A model generated the notes under the pieces. The model saw nothing but the letters and a program-made list of their open reading frames with translations, was not told the origin of the DNA and did not search any database. Positions 31,173-40,756 of a stretch of DNA of 64,000 nucleotides are shown here, piece by piece. Within the stretch, counting starts at the first letter, position 1. Every line of letters starts with the position of its first letter. The position numbers and the translations under genes were made by a program. The DNA is taken from assembly GCA_039809385.1 (NCBI GenBank), contig JBDHUY010000007.1, positions 33,494-97,493 on the forward strand, given 5' to 3'. This DNA comes from Candidatus Altimarinota bacterium (GTDB lineage: Bacteria; Patescibacteriota; Gracilibacteria; JBDHUY01).

Positions 31173-31268
31173 GCCAAATTCAAAGCTTAAAAGTCAAATA
31201 TCAAAATTTTATTGGGTGCTGGAATTGGTGGAAATTAGGAGAAATTTATAGATAAATGCGAAACCCTC

Positions 31269-31415
31269 CGTCATTGCGAGGAAGTGTGTACTTGCTTTCC
31301 AGCAAGTTATTGACCAGACGAAGCAATCTTTGTCCTCTGCCAGCCGGCGCATGAGATTGCTTCGTCTATAGATTTCGTTGCTTTCAAGGGATCTACTTGA
31401 TTCCTCGCAATGACG
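31269..31415. repeat. Palindromic MITE/RPE-like element
   Basis: Perfect 15-bp terminal inverted repeat CGTCATTGCGAGGAA/TTCCTCGCAATGACG plus an inner 14-bp IR AGACGAAGCAATCT/AGATTGCTTCGTCT. Confidence 0.8.
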
Positions 31416-31503
31416 AAGCGGATCGTTCTTGAGCCGGAACGACAAAAACAAGGTTGTGGCACATGTGCCTACTACCTTTTGATAAATGACAGTAAAGAAG
31501 AAA

Positions 31504-31532
31504 GTCGACCCGGATTAAAAACCCGGGTCGAC
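31504..31532 (-). terminator. Terminator-like hairpin
   Basis: GTCGACCCGG..CCGGGTCGAC stem, followed on the minus strand by TTTCTTCTTT. Confidence 0.55.
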
Positions 31533-32512
31533 ATTGTTAGGGGCCCGTTGAAGGCTGTTTTTTTGAGGAGTATGAAACAGAGAATCAAGTTTAATTGTTA
31601 CGACTTCATGTCGTTTTACCCTCTCAGGATGAGAGGATATTTACGCCGGTTTTCTTTGTCAGCTGTTGTTGTGACGATTTGCCGGGAATTCACGATTGTT
31701 GTTTCCAGTATTGGCATTGATTGGAACGCCATTGTAATCGACGAAATCGGTCGCATTGTTTCGATCTTTCATGAGGATATTCTCCTTATTTCTCTCACAG
31801 CTGATGATCAAGGAATGAACACTCTGGGATACAGATCGCTCAAAAACTTTCAGGTCTCTGTACAATGTACGAGCCGTATTCATTCTTGAACTAACGAATG
31901 TTCATTAATAATAGATGCATGCTTATCGAAGCAAGCAAATTATAAGGTTTGAAACCTTGGCTGCCTTGGTTGGCGTGAGAGTTTTTTTCAATCACTCTCA
32001 TTTATTACTCTCGTTACCAACAAGAGCAGCGCTCTGCCTGTTTTTATTATCTAACAAGCACAACGCCGCCCTGGTTGGACGATGATACATAGTTCATTCC
32101 TTTTGAAAAACATTCCTCCTACAGACTCAAAGATCAAATCCAAAATACGGTTTGAACCGGATCTATCCCGCTAAAGGCGGGAAAACCCGACTACATTAAT
32201 TCTGAATTTAGATCGTTTTTCTCCTTTGTAATATAAATGTCAACATTTTTTATTGTCATTTTTAAAAAACACTAAGAATATTTACAATAAGCCTTAAAAT
32301 CTACTTAAAAGGTATATGTCTTTCTTTCGTCGCAGTCATGCCGCGGCTCTTGTTTAGGGCACTTGATGTAGGAAAAGCCCGATGCGAAACAGTTCCACTT
32401 CTTTCCCGGAGAATACAAGGAACACCGCCCTCACGTACAATGGGACCAACCGTACCCGGATCCACCCCGGCGGATGACAAATGCTATCTCCTGAAGAACT
32501 TTCAGATACTTC

Positions 32513-33190
32513 TTACGCCGTACTTCTCAGCACTTCGACATAACGCCCCACGAAATACTCAATCCGCGGTCGCGCATACTGCATCACCCAACGCGGATGC
32601 GGCAAGGATAGAATATCTTTAAAAAAATGGTGTTCTTCATTCAACTTAGACAAAAAAACATAATTCTTCCCTTCTCCCAAGCAGACCGCCGTCGGACGGT
32701 GCAGACCCCAGGTTAGCTGTGCTTTGATCGAATCTACGATATACGAAGTAAGTGTTTTTAGCGTATGGGGATCATCGTAATAATTGTAATTTTTGCCGTG
32801 TTTCGTAAACCCCAGCGGGCAGACAGCCGTAATATAGTGCTGCCGAAAGAAGTTTTCCGGTCCACCCAGCTGCCCGATAACCTGATAGACAAACTCCGAC
32901 GAAAGTTCCGCCTTTTTCTGATAGGGATTTTCTATTCCACACATTGTTTCCAGTCTTACTGGATCAGTAAAACCGATCGCCGTTATTCCTGAACCGAACC
33001 GGCCCGGATTGATCCCGAAAATAAAGGTACGTTTGGCCGTATCACTGTAATATTTTTCATAAAATAATGCGGCAGTTGTCCGAACCTCCTCTTTTATCCA
33101 TGGATTCAGGACAGCAATTTCAGAGGCCAGTCCATTAGGTGCGATCAGTGCATGGTGAAATGCCAAAATGTGTGTTGATAATTTCTGCAT
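32513..33190 (-). CDS. SMUG2-like / DUF4918 uracil-DNA glycosylase family protein
   Basis: FGINPGRFGSG..GFTDP, ELSSEFVY, NYNYYD, LPHPRWVMQY. Confidence 0.85.
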   Translation of the reverse strand: MQKLSTHILAFHHALIAPNGLASEIAVLNPWIKEEVRTTAALFYEKYYSDTAKRTFIFGINPGRFGSGITAIGFTDPVRLETMCGIENPYQKKAELSSEFVYQVIGQLGGPENFFRQHYITAVCPLGFTKHGKNYNYYDDPHTLKTLTSYIVDSIKAQLTWGLHRPTAVCLGEGKNYVFLSKLNEEHHFFKDILSLPHPRWVMQYARPRIEYFVGRYVEVLRSTA

Positions 33191-33308
33191 AAAAAAACGG
33201 ATGAAAACACCTTCTAGCATACGGCAAGCGACCTGAACCGACAATACTTGTGTTTTTCTTCGCGAATAGGCACAATAGACCTGTTCATTTATCGTTAACT
33301 TTTTTTCT

Positions 33309-33818
33309 ATGCTCCAAAAAGATCAATTTTTGGGTCTGGTACAGCAGGAGTTCAAAATCTTGCGCCACCTGGGCACCAAGGTTACCACTGAATCCGTTGA
33401 ATACAAGCCAACGGAGAAACAACGCACGACCCGCGAACTAATGGCTTTTTTGACCTTTGGTCCGCATCGGGCAGCTCAGGCAATCGTAACGGGTGATATG
33501 AGTTTGTGGAGCGATTTTGAGGCCAAAGAAAAAGAGGCCGAGGCTTCTATGCGCGTCGAAGACTTTGCTTCCAAGTTAGATATGGCAGAGAAAGATATTC
33601 TGGAATGGGTCGGTGGTATGACGGATGAACAGTTCCAGGAACTGTATGAGGTTCCATTTATGCCAGGTATGAAAATGCCCAAGGTCTTGTTTTTAATGAC
33701 ACTTTTGCTGGAACAACTGGTCGCCTACCGTATGCAGTTTTTCTTGTATCTAAAGGCTTCCGGACGAACTGAACTGAATACAAACAATTTGTGGCAGGGC
33801 GAAGATGGCTCGATGTAG
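33309..33818 (+). CDS. DinB-like four-helix protein
   Basis: YKPTEKQRTTRELM and AYRMQFFLYLK..G...LNTNNLW pattern. Confidence 0.65.
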   Translation: MLQKDQFLGLVQQEFKILRHLGTKVTTESVEYKPTEKQRTTRELMAFLTFGPHRAAQAIVTGDMSLWSDFEAKEKEAEASMRVEDFASKLDMAEKDILEWVGGMTDEQFQELYEVPFMPGMKMPKVLFLMTLLLEQLVAYRMQFFLYLKASGRTELNTNNLWQGEDGSM

Positions 33819-33928
33819 ACCGTTCTTCCTATTTTGCCGCAGCGGCCGAAATGGTCTCCTTTTTGGAGGGCTAGTCTTTCGATACATGTATTTCCGCCAA
33901 ATCTCTACTTTAACCGACTCTCTTTTTT

Positions 33929-34612
33929 ATGCATAAAGAACAACACAAGCAGGGTGAAAACCTGAGCGATATTATTTTGGGCGGACAGGACGGTATCGTC
34001 AACACGCTGGGCGTGATCTTGGGTATCGCGACCGCTTCTTCGGATATCCGCATCATTCTGGCAGGAGGCTTGGCAGCGGCGTTGGCCCAATCTATTTCGA
34101 TGGGGGCCGTGGCTTATACTTCCACGCTGGCCGAAGCCGAGTACTACGAAAGCGAGCGGCAGCGCGAGGATTACGAAATCGAACATTTTCCGGATGCCGA
34201 AAAGGAGGAAATTCGCGAGATCTATGCAGCCAAGGGGCTGAAAGGCAAATTACTGGATGATGTGACCGAGGTCGTTGTTTCGGATCGGAAGATGTGGCTG
34301 GAAACCATGATGCGGGACGAATTGGGGTTGACGCCGGTTTCCAAAAACGGCGCGTATAAATCGGCAGGCATTGTATTTCTCTCTTCGTTTGTCGGTTCTT
34401 TGATTCCACTGATTCCCTTCTTTCTGCCGCTGGATCTGGGTTTGAAAAAGATCCTTTCGATCCTGTTTGCCGCGGCGGTACTTTTTGGCTTTGGCGCGTA
34501 TAAGGCTCAGGTAACGGTCGGTCACTGGCTGAGAAGTGGTCTACAGTTAATGCTGATTGGGGTGGTGTCGGCCCTGGCGGGCTATCTGGTCGGCGCGGCG
34601 TTTAGTTTGTAA
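33929..34612 (+). CDS. VIT1/CCC1 family Fe/Mn transporter
   Basis: DIILGGQDGIV, ISMG, E-rich cytoplasmic loop, MMRDELGL, several TM helices. Confidence 0.92.
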   Translation: MHKEQHKQGENLSDIILGGQDGIVNTLGVILGIATASSDIRIILAGGLAAALAQSISMGAVAYTSTLAEAEYYESERQREDYEIEHFPDAEKEEIREIYAAKGLKGKLLDDVTEVVVSDRKMWLETMMRDELGLTPVSKNGAYKSAGIVFLSSFVGSLIPLIPFFLPLDLGLKKILSILFAAAVLFGFGAYKAQVTVGHWLRSGLQLMLIGVVSALAGYLVGAAFSL

Positions 34613-34646
34613 TAACTTAATCGGAAACTTTCCTACTGCTTCTTGG

Positions 34647-35015
34647 TCAAGATTGGGAGGCAGTGGATTGAGAGAAACGCATTATAAGCGCATGAATTCT
34701 TTCATCTACAAACAGAGGTCCTGAATAACCGATTTCTTTTGCAAATGGATCAGGAAGCGCTGAGGCTTTTCCCACAATATCTACTGTTATAGGACCTTGG
34801 ATATTATAGTGCTGGCAGTATTCGATACTTTTATCTTTGGAGGAGAATGTAACAGGCTCTCCAGTTTGACGATCCCGGATAAATTGATCTGTTCTTTGAT
34901 CTATCAGAAATAGTTTTCCTTGATGTTTTTCAAACCAGTCCGGATGTTTTGTACACCAATCTAGCAAGCTCGGATGAATTTCTTGGGTCTCGGAAGTTCT
35001 TTCTATCATGCTCAT
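34647..35015 (-). CDS. Hypothetical protein
   Basis: 122-aa ORF filling the gap between the VIT1 gene and uvrC; no confident family. Confidence 0.55.
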   Translation of the reverse strand: MSMIERTSETQEIHPSLLDWCTKHPDWFEKHQGKLFLIDQRTDQFIRDRQTGEPVTFSSKDKSIEYCQHYNIQGPITVDIVGKASALPDPFAKEIGYSGPLFVDERIHALIMRFSQSTASQS

Positions 35016-35141
35016 AAAGAAGGAATAAGGTAAGAAATAAAGATTGGTAAAAGACCAAAAGAGTACGACATTCTACTTTCTTATTTTATAATGTCAACAA
35101 CATTATGTTGTTCTGAGAGGTATTATTTTTTCGAGAGTCCC

Positions 35142-36986
35142 CTACCAAGTCTCCCGCAATCTCTCGGCCATTTTTTTCCCTACGATTTTTTCCAGTTCTT
35201 CCGGCGAGGCCGCCTTGGCCTGTTTGATGCTTCCAAAACGTTCGATCAGTTTTTTGCGGGTAGCTCCGCCAACCCCTTTGATCCGGTCCACTTGTGACAC
35301 AACCGCTTCTTTGTCGCGCAGGCGCCGGTTAAACGAGTTGGCAAACCGATGCGCTTCGTCACGGATGCGTTCGAACAGGTATTGCGCCTGCGAGGTTTTA
35401 TCTACGATCAGCGGACGCTCCTGGTGTGGCAGAAAAATATCTTCCTGTTCTTTGGCCAGACCGGCCAAAGCAATTTTGCCGGTCAGTTTCAGCTGTGCAA
35501 GCACCTCCACGGCGACACCCAGCTGCCCTTTGCCGCCATCCACGATCAAGAGATCGGGTTTTTCCAGAAACGACTCTTTCTTGTTTTTGGTGAGTTTCCG
35601 CAACGTTTTGTTTACCAGATATTTCAAACGACGCTCCAGCGTCTCGCGCATCGAAGCATAGTCGTCGATCTGGTCGCCGATCGTATTCATTTTGAAATGC
35701 CGATAGTGGTCTTTGGCCGGTTCGCCGTTTTTCATCACCACCATCGACGCGACGGTAAACTTACCTCCCAAGTGCGAAATATCATAACATTCGATCCGTT
35801 TCGGGATCTTTTTCAGTTTGAACAACTCCTTCAGCTCTTCCAATCCGACTTCGGGATGAATGCCCTGACTGGTTGCATCTTTCAGGATCTCTTTATCCGC
35901 AAAAGCCTGGGCGTTCTTTTCGCACAGCTCCAGCAAATAGTGCTTCTTGCCTCGTTCGGGCACCAGCAGCTCAACTTTGTTGCCTACAGTCCCCGACAGC
36001 CAGCCTTCCAGTAACTCCTTATCTGTCACCAAATGCTGCAGTATGATCTGACGCGGAATGTCGACAGTAGAAGTATAGTACTCTTTGACGATCGTGGCTA
36101 GCATCTCTTCGCTGCTGCCCTCGTACGCCGTTGGGACCGAATAGCGAAAGTTTAGTCGTTCCAGCAGTTTACCGTTGCGGATCTTAAACAAGGTTACAAA
36201 GATACGGTCTTTGGAAAGAATGTAGGCCAGCACGTCTTGCTGCAGCGTACTGTTGGGATCCGAGACATACTGTTTTTCCAGTACTGCCTTCAGGTTCATT
36301 AAGGTATCCCGGGTTTTGGCGGCCCGTTCAAAGTTGCGAGTCCCGGCTTCGCGTTTCATTTTCTCTTCCAGATCGCGTAAAACCTCTTCGGTATCTCCAC
36401 GTAAAAATCGTGCAATCCTCTGCATGATTGCCCGGTACTCGCTCTGACCGACGGACCCGATACACAGACCGGGGCAGCGCTGGATATGGTAGTTGAAGCA
36501 CGGAATCGTCCCGACACCGGTTTTAAAGAATTTGAGACATTCGTGCGGAAAGATCTTGTTGATCAGTTCCATTGTTTGCCGGATCGCTCCCGCATTGGTG
36601 TACGGGCCGAAATACGTGCTTTTGTGCTCGGTCATGCGGCGAACGAAAAAGATGCGCGGGTACTCGTCGCCGAAGGTTATCTTCACGTATAAAAAATTCG
36701 CGTCGTCGCGCAATAAAATGTTGTATTTGGGATGATGCTCCTTGATCAGAGTACTTTCCAGAATCAGTGCCTCGATCTCGTTACCGGTCTCGATACAGGT
36801 AATCGTTTCGACCAGGGTGAGCATCTTCTTGTTCTTGGCCGGAGCGTTTTTACTCCCCTGAAAATGCTGGGTTACCCGTTTTTTGATATCTTTGGCTTTG
36901 CCGATATAAACGATGCGGCCATCTTTGTCCAAAAATTGGTAAACGCCGGGTTTGGCGGGTAGCTTTTTTATCTGGTCTTTAATCAT
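35142..36986 (-). CDS. uvrC: Excinuclease ABC subunit C
   Basis: PGVYQF..YIGKAK GIY-YIG domain, UVR motif FERAAKTRD, RIECYDISH, DGGKGQL, RDEAHRFA, C-terminal HhH. Confidence 0.97.
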   Translation of the reverse strand: MIKDQIKKLPAKPGVYQFLDKDGRIVYIGKAKDIKKRVTQHFQGSKNAPAKNKKMLTLVETITCIETGNEIEALILESTLIKEHHPKYNILLRDDANFLYVKITFGDEYPRIFFVRRMTEHKSTYFGPYTNAGAIRQTMELINKIFPHECLKFFKTGVGTIPCFNYHIQRCPGLCIGSVGQSEYRAIMQRIARFLRGDTEEVLRDLEEKMKREAGTRNFERAAKTRDTLMNLKAVLEKQYVSDPNSTLQQDVLAYILSKDRIFVTLFKIRNGKLLERLNFRYSVPTAYEGSSEEMLATIVKEYYTSTVDIPRQIILQHLVTDKELLEGWLSGTVGNKVELLVPERGKKHYLLELCEKNAQAFADKEILKDATSQGIHPEVGLEELKELFKLKKIPKRIECYDISHLGGKFTVASMVVMKNGEPAKDHYRHFKMNTIGDQIDDYASMRETLERRLKYLVNKTLRKLTKNKKESFLEKPDLLIVDGGKGQLGVAVEVLAQLKLTGKIALAGLAKEQEDIFLPHQERPLIVDKTSQAQYLFERIRDEAHRFANSFNRRLRDKEAVVSQVDRIKGVGGATRKKLIERFGSIKQAKAASPEELEKIVGKKMAERLRETW

Positions 36987-37061
36987 GGCGGATAGTGAAC
37001 GTATAAGCAGCATAGCGTAGTATAGCACAATTTTAAAATCTCAAAGTTCATCTGCCGCGGA

Positions 37062-37187
37062 CCAAATATCAAATGAAGCTCAAATGCCCAATAACAAAAG
37101 CGGAAGACATACATTGCAATTTCTTATCGCGGCTATTGGAGTTTTGATATGTATCATTCTTTTGGTATTTGAACTTTGTCATTTGAG
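37062..37187 (+). repeat. ~125-bp dispersed palindromic element, copy 1
   Basis: Aligns over its whole length with the reverse complement of 40544-40669. Confidence 0.8.
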
Positions 37188-37257
37188 ATGAGAACAAAGA
37201 GTCGCGACATTGAAAGGAGCGTATTTTTATGGTATTATAGAAAGAACATGTTCTATT

Positions 37258-38040
37258 ATGAAAGTTTTGTCCGATGTCACCAAACTTCTCGAAGGACGCG
37301 TGCACAATGAAGATCTGGAAAAGGCCAAACATCAGCTTTTGGCCGAACTGAAAGGTCTTGCACCCGAGAGTTACGAAAACCGGGGAACACTCTACTACTA
37401 TCTGTTGCGTATCATGCTGCAGGGAGATGTTCATTTCGAGAGTCCGGTATTGCGGGATTATTTTGAAAAAATGCAGCATAATTTTCGCGAACAAGAATTG
37501 CTGTACCGCCAGGAGGTTAAACACCTCAAACGCAAAAAGGATATTGAATATAAGGTGAAGTTGATGCAGTCGAAAGCTTTCTATAAAATCATCGAAAAAT
37601 ACTTCGCTTCGCTGGAACTCTTATACCACAAACACGATTTGCACGAGGCCAAAGAGCGGTCGTACTTGGCGAAAATGTATTTTCGCAAACACTCCTTTCA
37701 CGTTCGTCGAAAGTATTCCAGCCATTTGGGCTACATCTTACTGGAAAAAACTTCCAATTACGGTACCAGTTTTCTGCGCTGGGGGGCCACGACGGTTCTC
37801 TTCATCATGATGTTCGGCTGGATATTTCTGATCGTGGATACGCTTCAAACCGGCGGGCAAATGGCCAGAGGCGGCGGATGGTATGATTATTTCTATTTCA
37901 GCGTGGTGGCGTTTACGACCGTCGGATTCGGCGATATTACCCCGGTGACTATCTTACAAAAAGGGCTGGTAGCGGCCGAAGTGTTGTTTGGTTATCTGAT
38001 GCTGGGAATGTTGATCAATCTGATTCAAAAGAAGCTGTAG
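37258..38040 (+). CDS. Potassium channel family protein (2TM-1P) with a helical N-terminal cytoplasmic domain
   Basis: YFYFSVVAFTTVGFGDITP pore/selectivity filter flanked by two TM helices. Confidence 0.88.
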   Translation: MKVLSDVTKLLEGRVHNEDLEKAKHQLLAELKGLAPESYENRGTLYYYLLRIMLQGDVHFESPVLRDYFEKMQHNFREQELLYRQEVKHLKRKKDIEYKVKLMQSKAFYKIIEKYFASLELLYHKHDLHEAKERSYLAKMYFRKHSFHVRRKYSSHLGYILLEKTSNYGTSFLRWGATTVLFIMMFGWIFLIVDTLQTGGQMARGGGWYDYFYFSVVAFTTVGFGDITPVTILQKGLVAAEVLFGYLMLGMLINLIQKKL

Positions 38041-38047
38041 AAAATCG

Positions 38048-38725
38048 TTATTGCTTCTTTTCGACGCAGTCTTCGCAGTTGAGCATGATCTTGCCGTCGG
38101 GAGTAATGATGATCTTTTCTTCTTTTTTTAAATCGTTGATCGCGCGGGTGACGGTTTCGCGGGTGAGTCCGGTATATTGGGCCAGTTTTTCGTGGGTGAC
38201 GCGGGCCATGCGGCTCATGATAGTGCCAACCAGAAACATTTTCATATAGCGATGTTTACGTCCTTCCAAAATTTCCAGATGGTGTAGAATCTTTTCTTTG
38301 GCGTCAAAGACCAGGCTTTTGATCTTTTCTTCGTAGTGCCGCAGCCGGTCGTGCAGAAAATTGATCATGGTCAGCATCAGCTCGGGGCTTTGTTTCACCA
38401 GCTTCCAGAACTCTTCCGATGATATTTTCCACGCTATGCTGTCCTCGGTCGCAACGGCTTCGTAGCTGGGTTTTGTCTCCTGTTCGTCGAGTTTGCCAAA
38501 CAGGATGCCGGGCTGAATGGCTTCGATCAGCAAATCTTTAGTGTAGTGTTTATAGGACAATTGGACTTCGCCACTCTTTAACAAATATACAAAATCATTC
38601 GAGTGTGCGGGAGAAAACAGGATGGTTCCTTTTTTGACTTCTTCTTCGCGGAAAGCTTCTACCAGTTTTGAACGGATATCCGGCGGAGAGTTACGGAAGA
38701 CTTCAATTGTTTCGAGGCTAATCAT
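38048..38725 (-). CDS. Crp/Fnr family transcriptional regulator
   Basis: cNMP-like domain VYLLKSGEV; HTH THEKLAQYTGLTRETVTRAINDL. Confidence 0.9.
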   Translation of the reverse strand: MISLETIEVFRNSPPDIRSKLVEAFREEEVKKGTILFSPAHSNDFVYLLKSGEVQLSYKHYTKDLLIEAIQPGILFGKLDEQETKPSYEAVATEDSIAWKISSEEFWKLVKQSPELMLTMINFLHDRLRHYEEKIKSLVFDAKEKILHHLEILEGRKHRYMKMFLVGTIMSRMARVTHEKLAQYTGLTRETVTRAINDLKKEEKIIITPDGKIMLNCEDCVEKKQ

Positions 38726-38891
38726 AGAGAAAATAGCATGAAAAGATCAAGGTATAGTACTTGTATTCTAAAGCACGGTGGCTTTTTTTCAATCTTTTAA
38801 GCTTGTAAGGATTCGTCAAAAATGCCCAATAGGGTTTCTGGGAACAATTAGAAACTAAGGTGGAAAGGATGCGTTCTCTCCAGGATAGGCT

Positions 38892-40418
38892 TTATAGCAA
38901 CCCTGCTCCCATCTCGGGTGGAATCGGCAATTCCATGAGTTGGAGCACTGTCGGAGCTATTGAAGAAAGCCCCTGCCCCTCTTTCAGCTTCATCGAAGTT
39001 TTTTCAGGTGTCGCGATCACGCATCGTACCAGATTCAAGGTATGCGACGGATTTTGCGAACCGTCAGGGTTCGTCATATATTCGGCATTTCCATGGTCGG
39101 CGGTCATGATCACCGCGTATCCGTTTTCCAGCGCGGCGGTAATCGTTTGTTTTACAGCCCCGTCGATCGTTTCCATCGCCAGCTTGGCCGCCGTATAAAC
39201 GCCGCTATGGCCCACCAGATCTCCGTTAGCAAAATTAACCAGAATAAAATCGTACGTACCGCTTTTGAGAGCTTCGACCGTACTATCTGCTACTCCTTGG
39301 GCATTCATCTGTGGGGCTTCGGCGTATGACGCTACTTTGGGTGAAGGTACCATGACCCGGTCTTCTCCCACTTCCGGAGCTTCTATTTGCGAATTGAAAA
39401 AATAGGTTACGTGGGCGTATTTTTCGGTCTCGGCGATCCGGATCTGCTTTTTTCCCAAACCGCTTAACCAGCTACCCAAATTATTCTTCACCTCTTGCGG
39501 CGGAAAAGCCACCGGCAGCGTATCCGAATAGGGTCCGGTACAGGCAAAGAAAATGGAGCCGTGAATCAGCTCTTTTTGCCGTTCAAAATGTGTAAAGTCC
39601 TCGGGACTGAAGCAACTGCTCAGCTGCCGGGCCCGGTCGGAACGGAAGTTGAAAAATATAACCCCGTCGCCCTCCCGGATGGTTGAGTCTTCGATCAGTC
39701 GCGTCGGCGGAAGGTAGTAATCGGTCACTGGGTCTTTTGAAGGTGCGGCATAAAATTCCTCTAGGGCTCGAAAAGGCGACTCGTAAAAACTACCGGCTCC
39801 TTGGGTATACAGATCATAGGCCTTTCGGGTGCGGTCGAAATTCGTATCCCGATCCATGGCATAGTAACGTCCGATCAGCGTGGCCAGTCTCCCCGTTCCC
39901 AACCTATTCATTGTTTCTAAGATCTGCTCAATATAGGGTGCCGCGCTTTGTTCGGGTACATCCCGGCCGTCGGTGATACCGTGCACCAGCACTTTCTGAA
40001 TACCAGCGTTTTTAGCTGCCTGCAAAAGCGCCAAAAGATGGTCGATATGGGAATGAACGCCGCCGTCCGAAATCATGCCGATCAGGTGGAGCGTACTATC
40101 GTGCTTTTTGATGAAATCAAACGTCTGTTGGTATACCGGGTTGTTTTCAAACCGGCCATGCTGGATGGCCTGATTGATCTCTTCCAGTGGCTGAAATACC
40201 ACTCTTCCAGCGCCCATGATCAAATGTCCGGGCTCGGATGCGCCCTGTACTCCCTCGGGAACTCCTACCGCGTTACCCGACGCTTTCAAAAGAGTCCACG
40301 GATAATTGGCATACAGAGAATCAAAAAAGGGCATGACAGCTTGGGTAACGGCATTTCCCGGATAATCCCGGTATTCGCCGACTCCGTCCAGAACGATCAG
40401 CAGCACTTTGTGCGACAT
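38892..40418 (-). CDS. gpmI: 2,3-bisphosphoglycerate-independent phosphoglycerate mutase
   Basis: LIVLDG, SDGGVHSH, TDGRD, GRYYAMDRD, AETEKYAHVT, DLVGH, TADHGNAE. Confidence 0.96.
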   Translation of the reverse strand: MSHKVLLIVLDGVGEYRDYPGNAVTQAVMPFFDSLYANYPWTLLKASGNAVGVPEGVQGASEPGHLIMGAGRVVFQPLEEINQAIQHGRFENNPVYQQTFDFIKKHDSTLHLIGMISDGGVHSHIDHLLALLQAAKNAGIQKVLVHGITDGRDVPEQSAAPYIEQILETMNRLGTGRLATLIGRYYAMDRDTNFDRTRKAYDLYTQGAGSFYESPFRALEEFYAAPSKDPVTDYYLPPTRLIEDSTIREGDGVIFFNFRSDRARQLSSCFSPEDFTHFERQKELIHGSIFFACTGPYSDTLPVAFPPQEVKNNLGSWLSGLGKKQIRIAETEKYAHVTYFFNSQIEAPEVGEDRVMVPSPKVASYAEAPQMNAQGVADSTVEALKSGTYDFILVNFANGDLVGHSGVYTAAKLAMETIDGAVKQTITAALENGYAVIMTADHGNAEYMTNPDGSQNPSHTLNLVRCVIATPEKTSMKLKEGQGLSSIAPTVLQLMELPIPPEMGAGLL

Positions 40419-40543
40419 GAGACAGTAAAAGGTAAAAAAGTTTAAAGTACTTGAATCAAGAATCTAGAAGTAAGAATCAAGGGAAAGCTGGGGAAAATTA
40501 TGTTCAAATCACAAAGCTCATTCGCCGCGACGAACAAAATAAG

Positions 40544-40669
40544 CTAAAATCACAAAGTTCAAACACCAAAAGAATGACAAATATCAAAACTCAAATAACT
40601 GCGGTAAGAAATTGTAATGTAGGTTTTCTGCTTTTGTTATTGAACATTTGAACTTCATTTGATATTTGG
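40544..40669 (-). repeat. ~125-bp dispersed palindromic element, copy 2 (inverted)
   Basis: Reverse complement CCAAATATCAAATGAAGTTCAAATGTTCAATAACAAAAGC... matches 37062 onward. Confidence 0.8.
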
Positions 40670-40756
40670 ATTTTGAACTTAGGTATTTCATACTCTTTTA
40701 TAGGATATCCAAGGCTCTGTCTTGCTGTTGGCTGTAAACTGTGAGCTGTAAGTCCC

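Noticed and set aside
31410-31889. 159-aa plus-strand ORF
   Set aside because: Starts inside the palindromic element, crosses a terminator hairpin, and its composition is not protein-like.
32336-32478. Second RPE-like element (GTCATGCCG...CGGATGAC)
   Set aside because: The terminal match is short and imperfect and no inner repeat was found.
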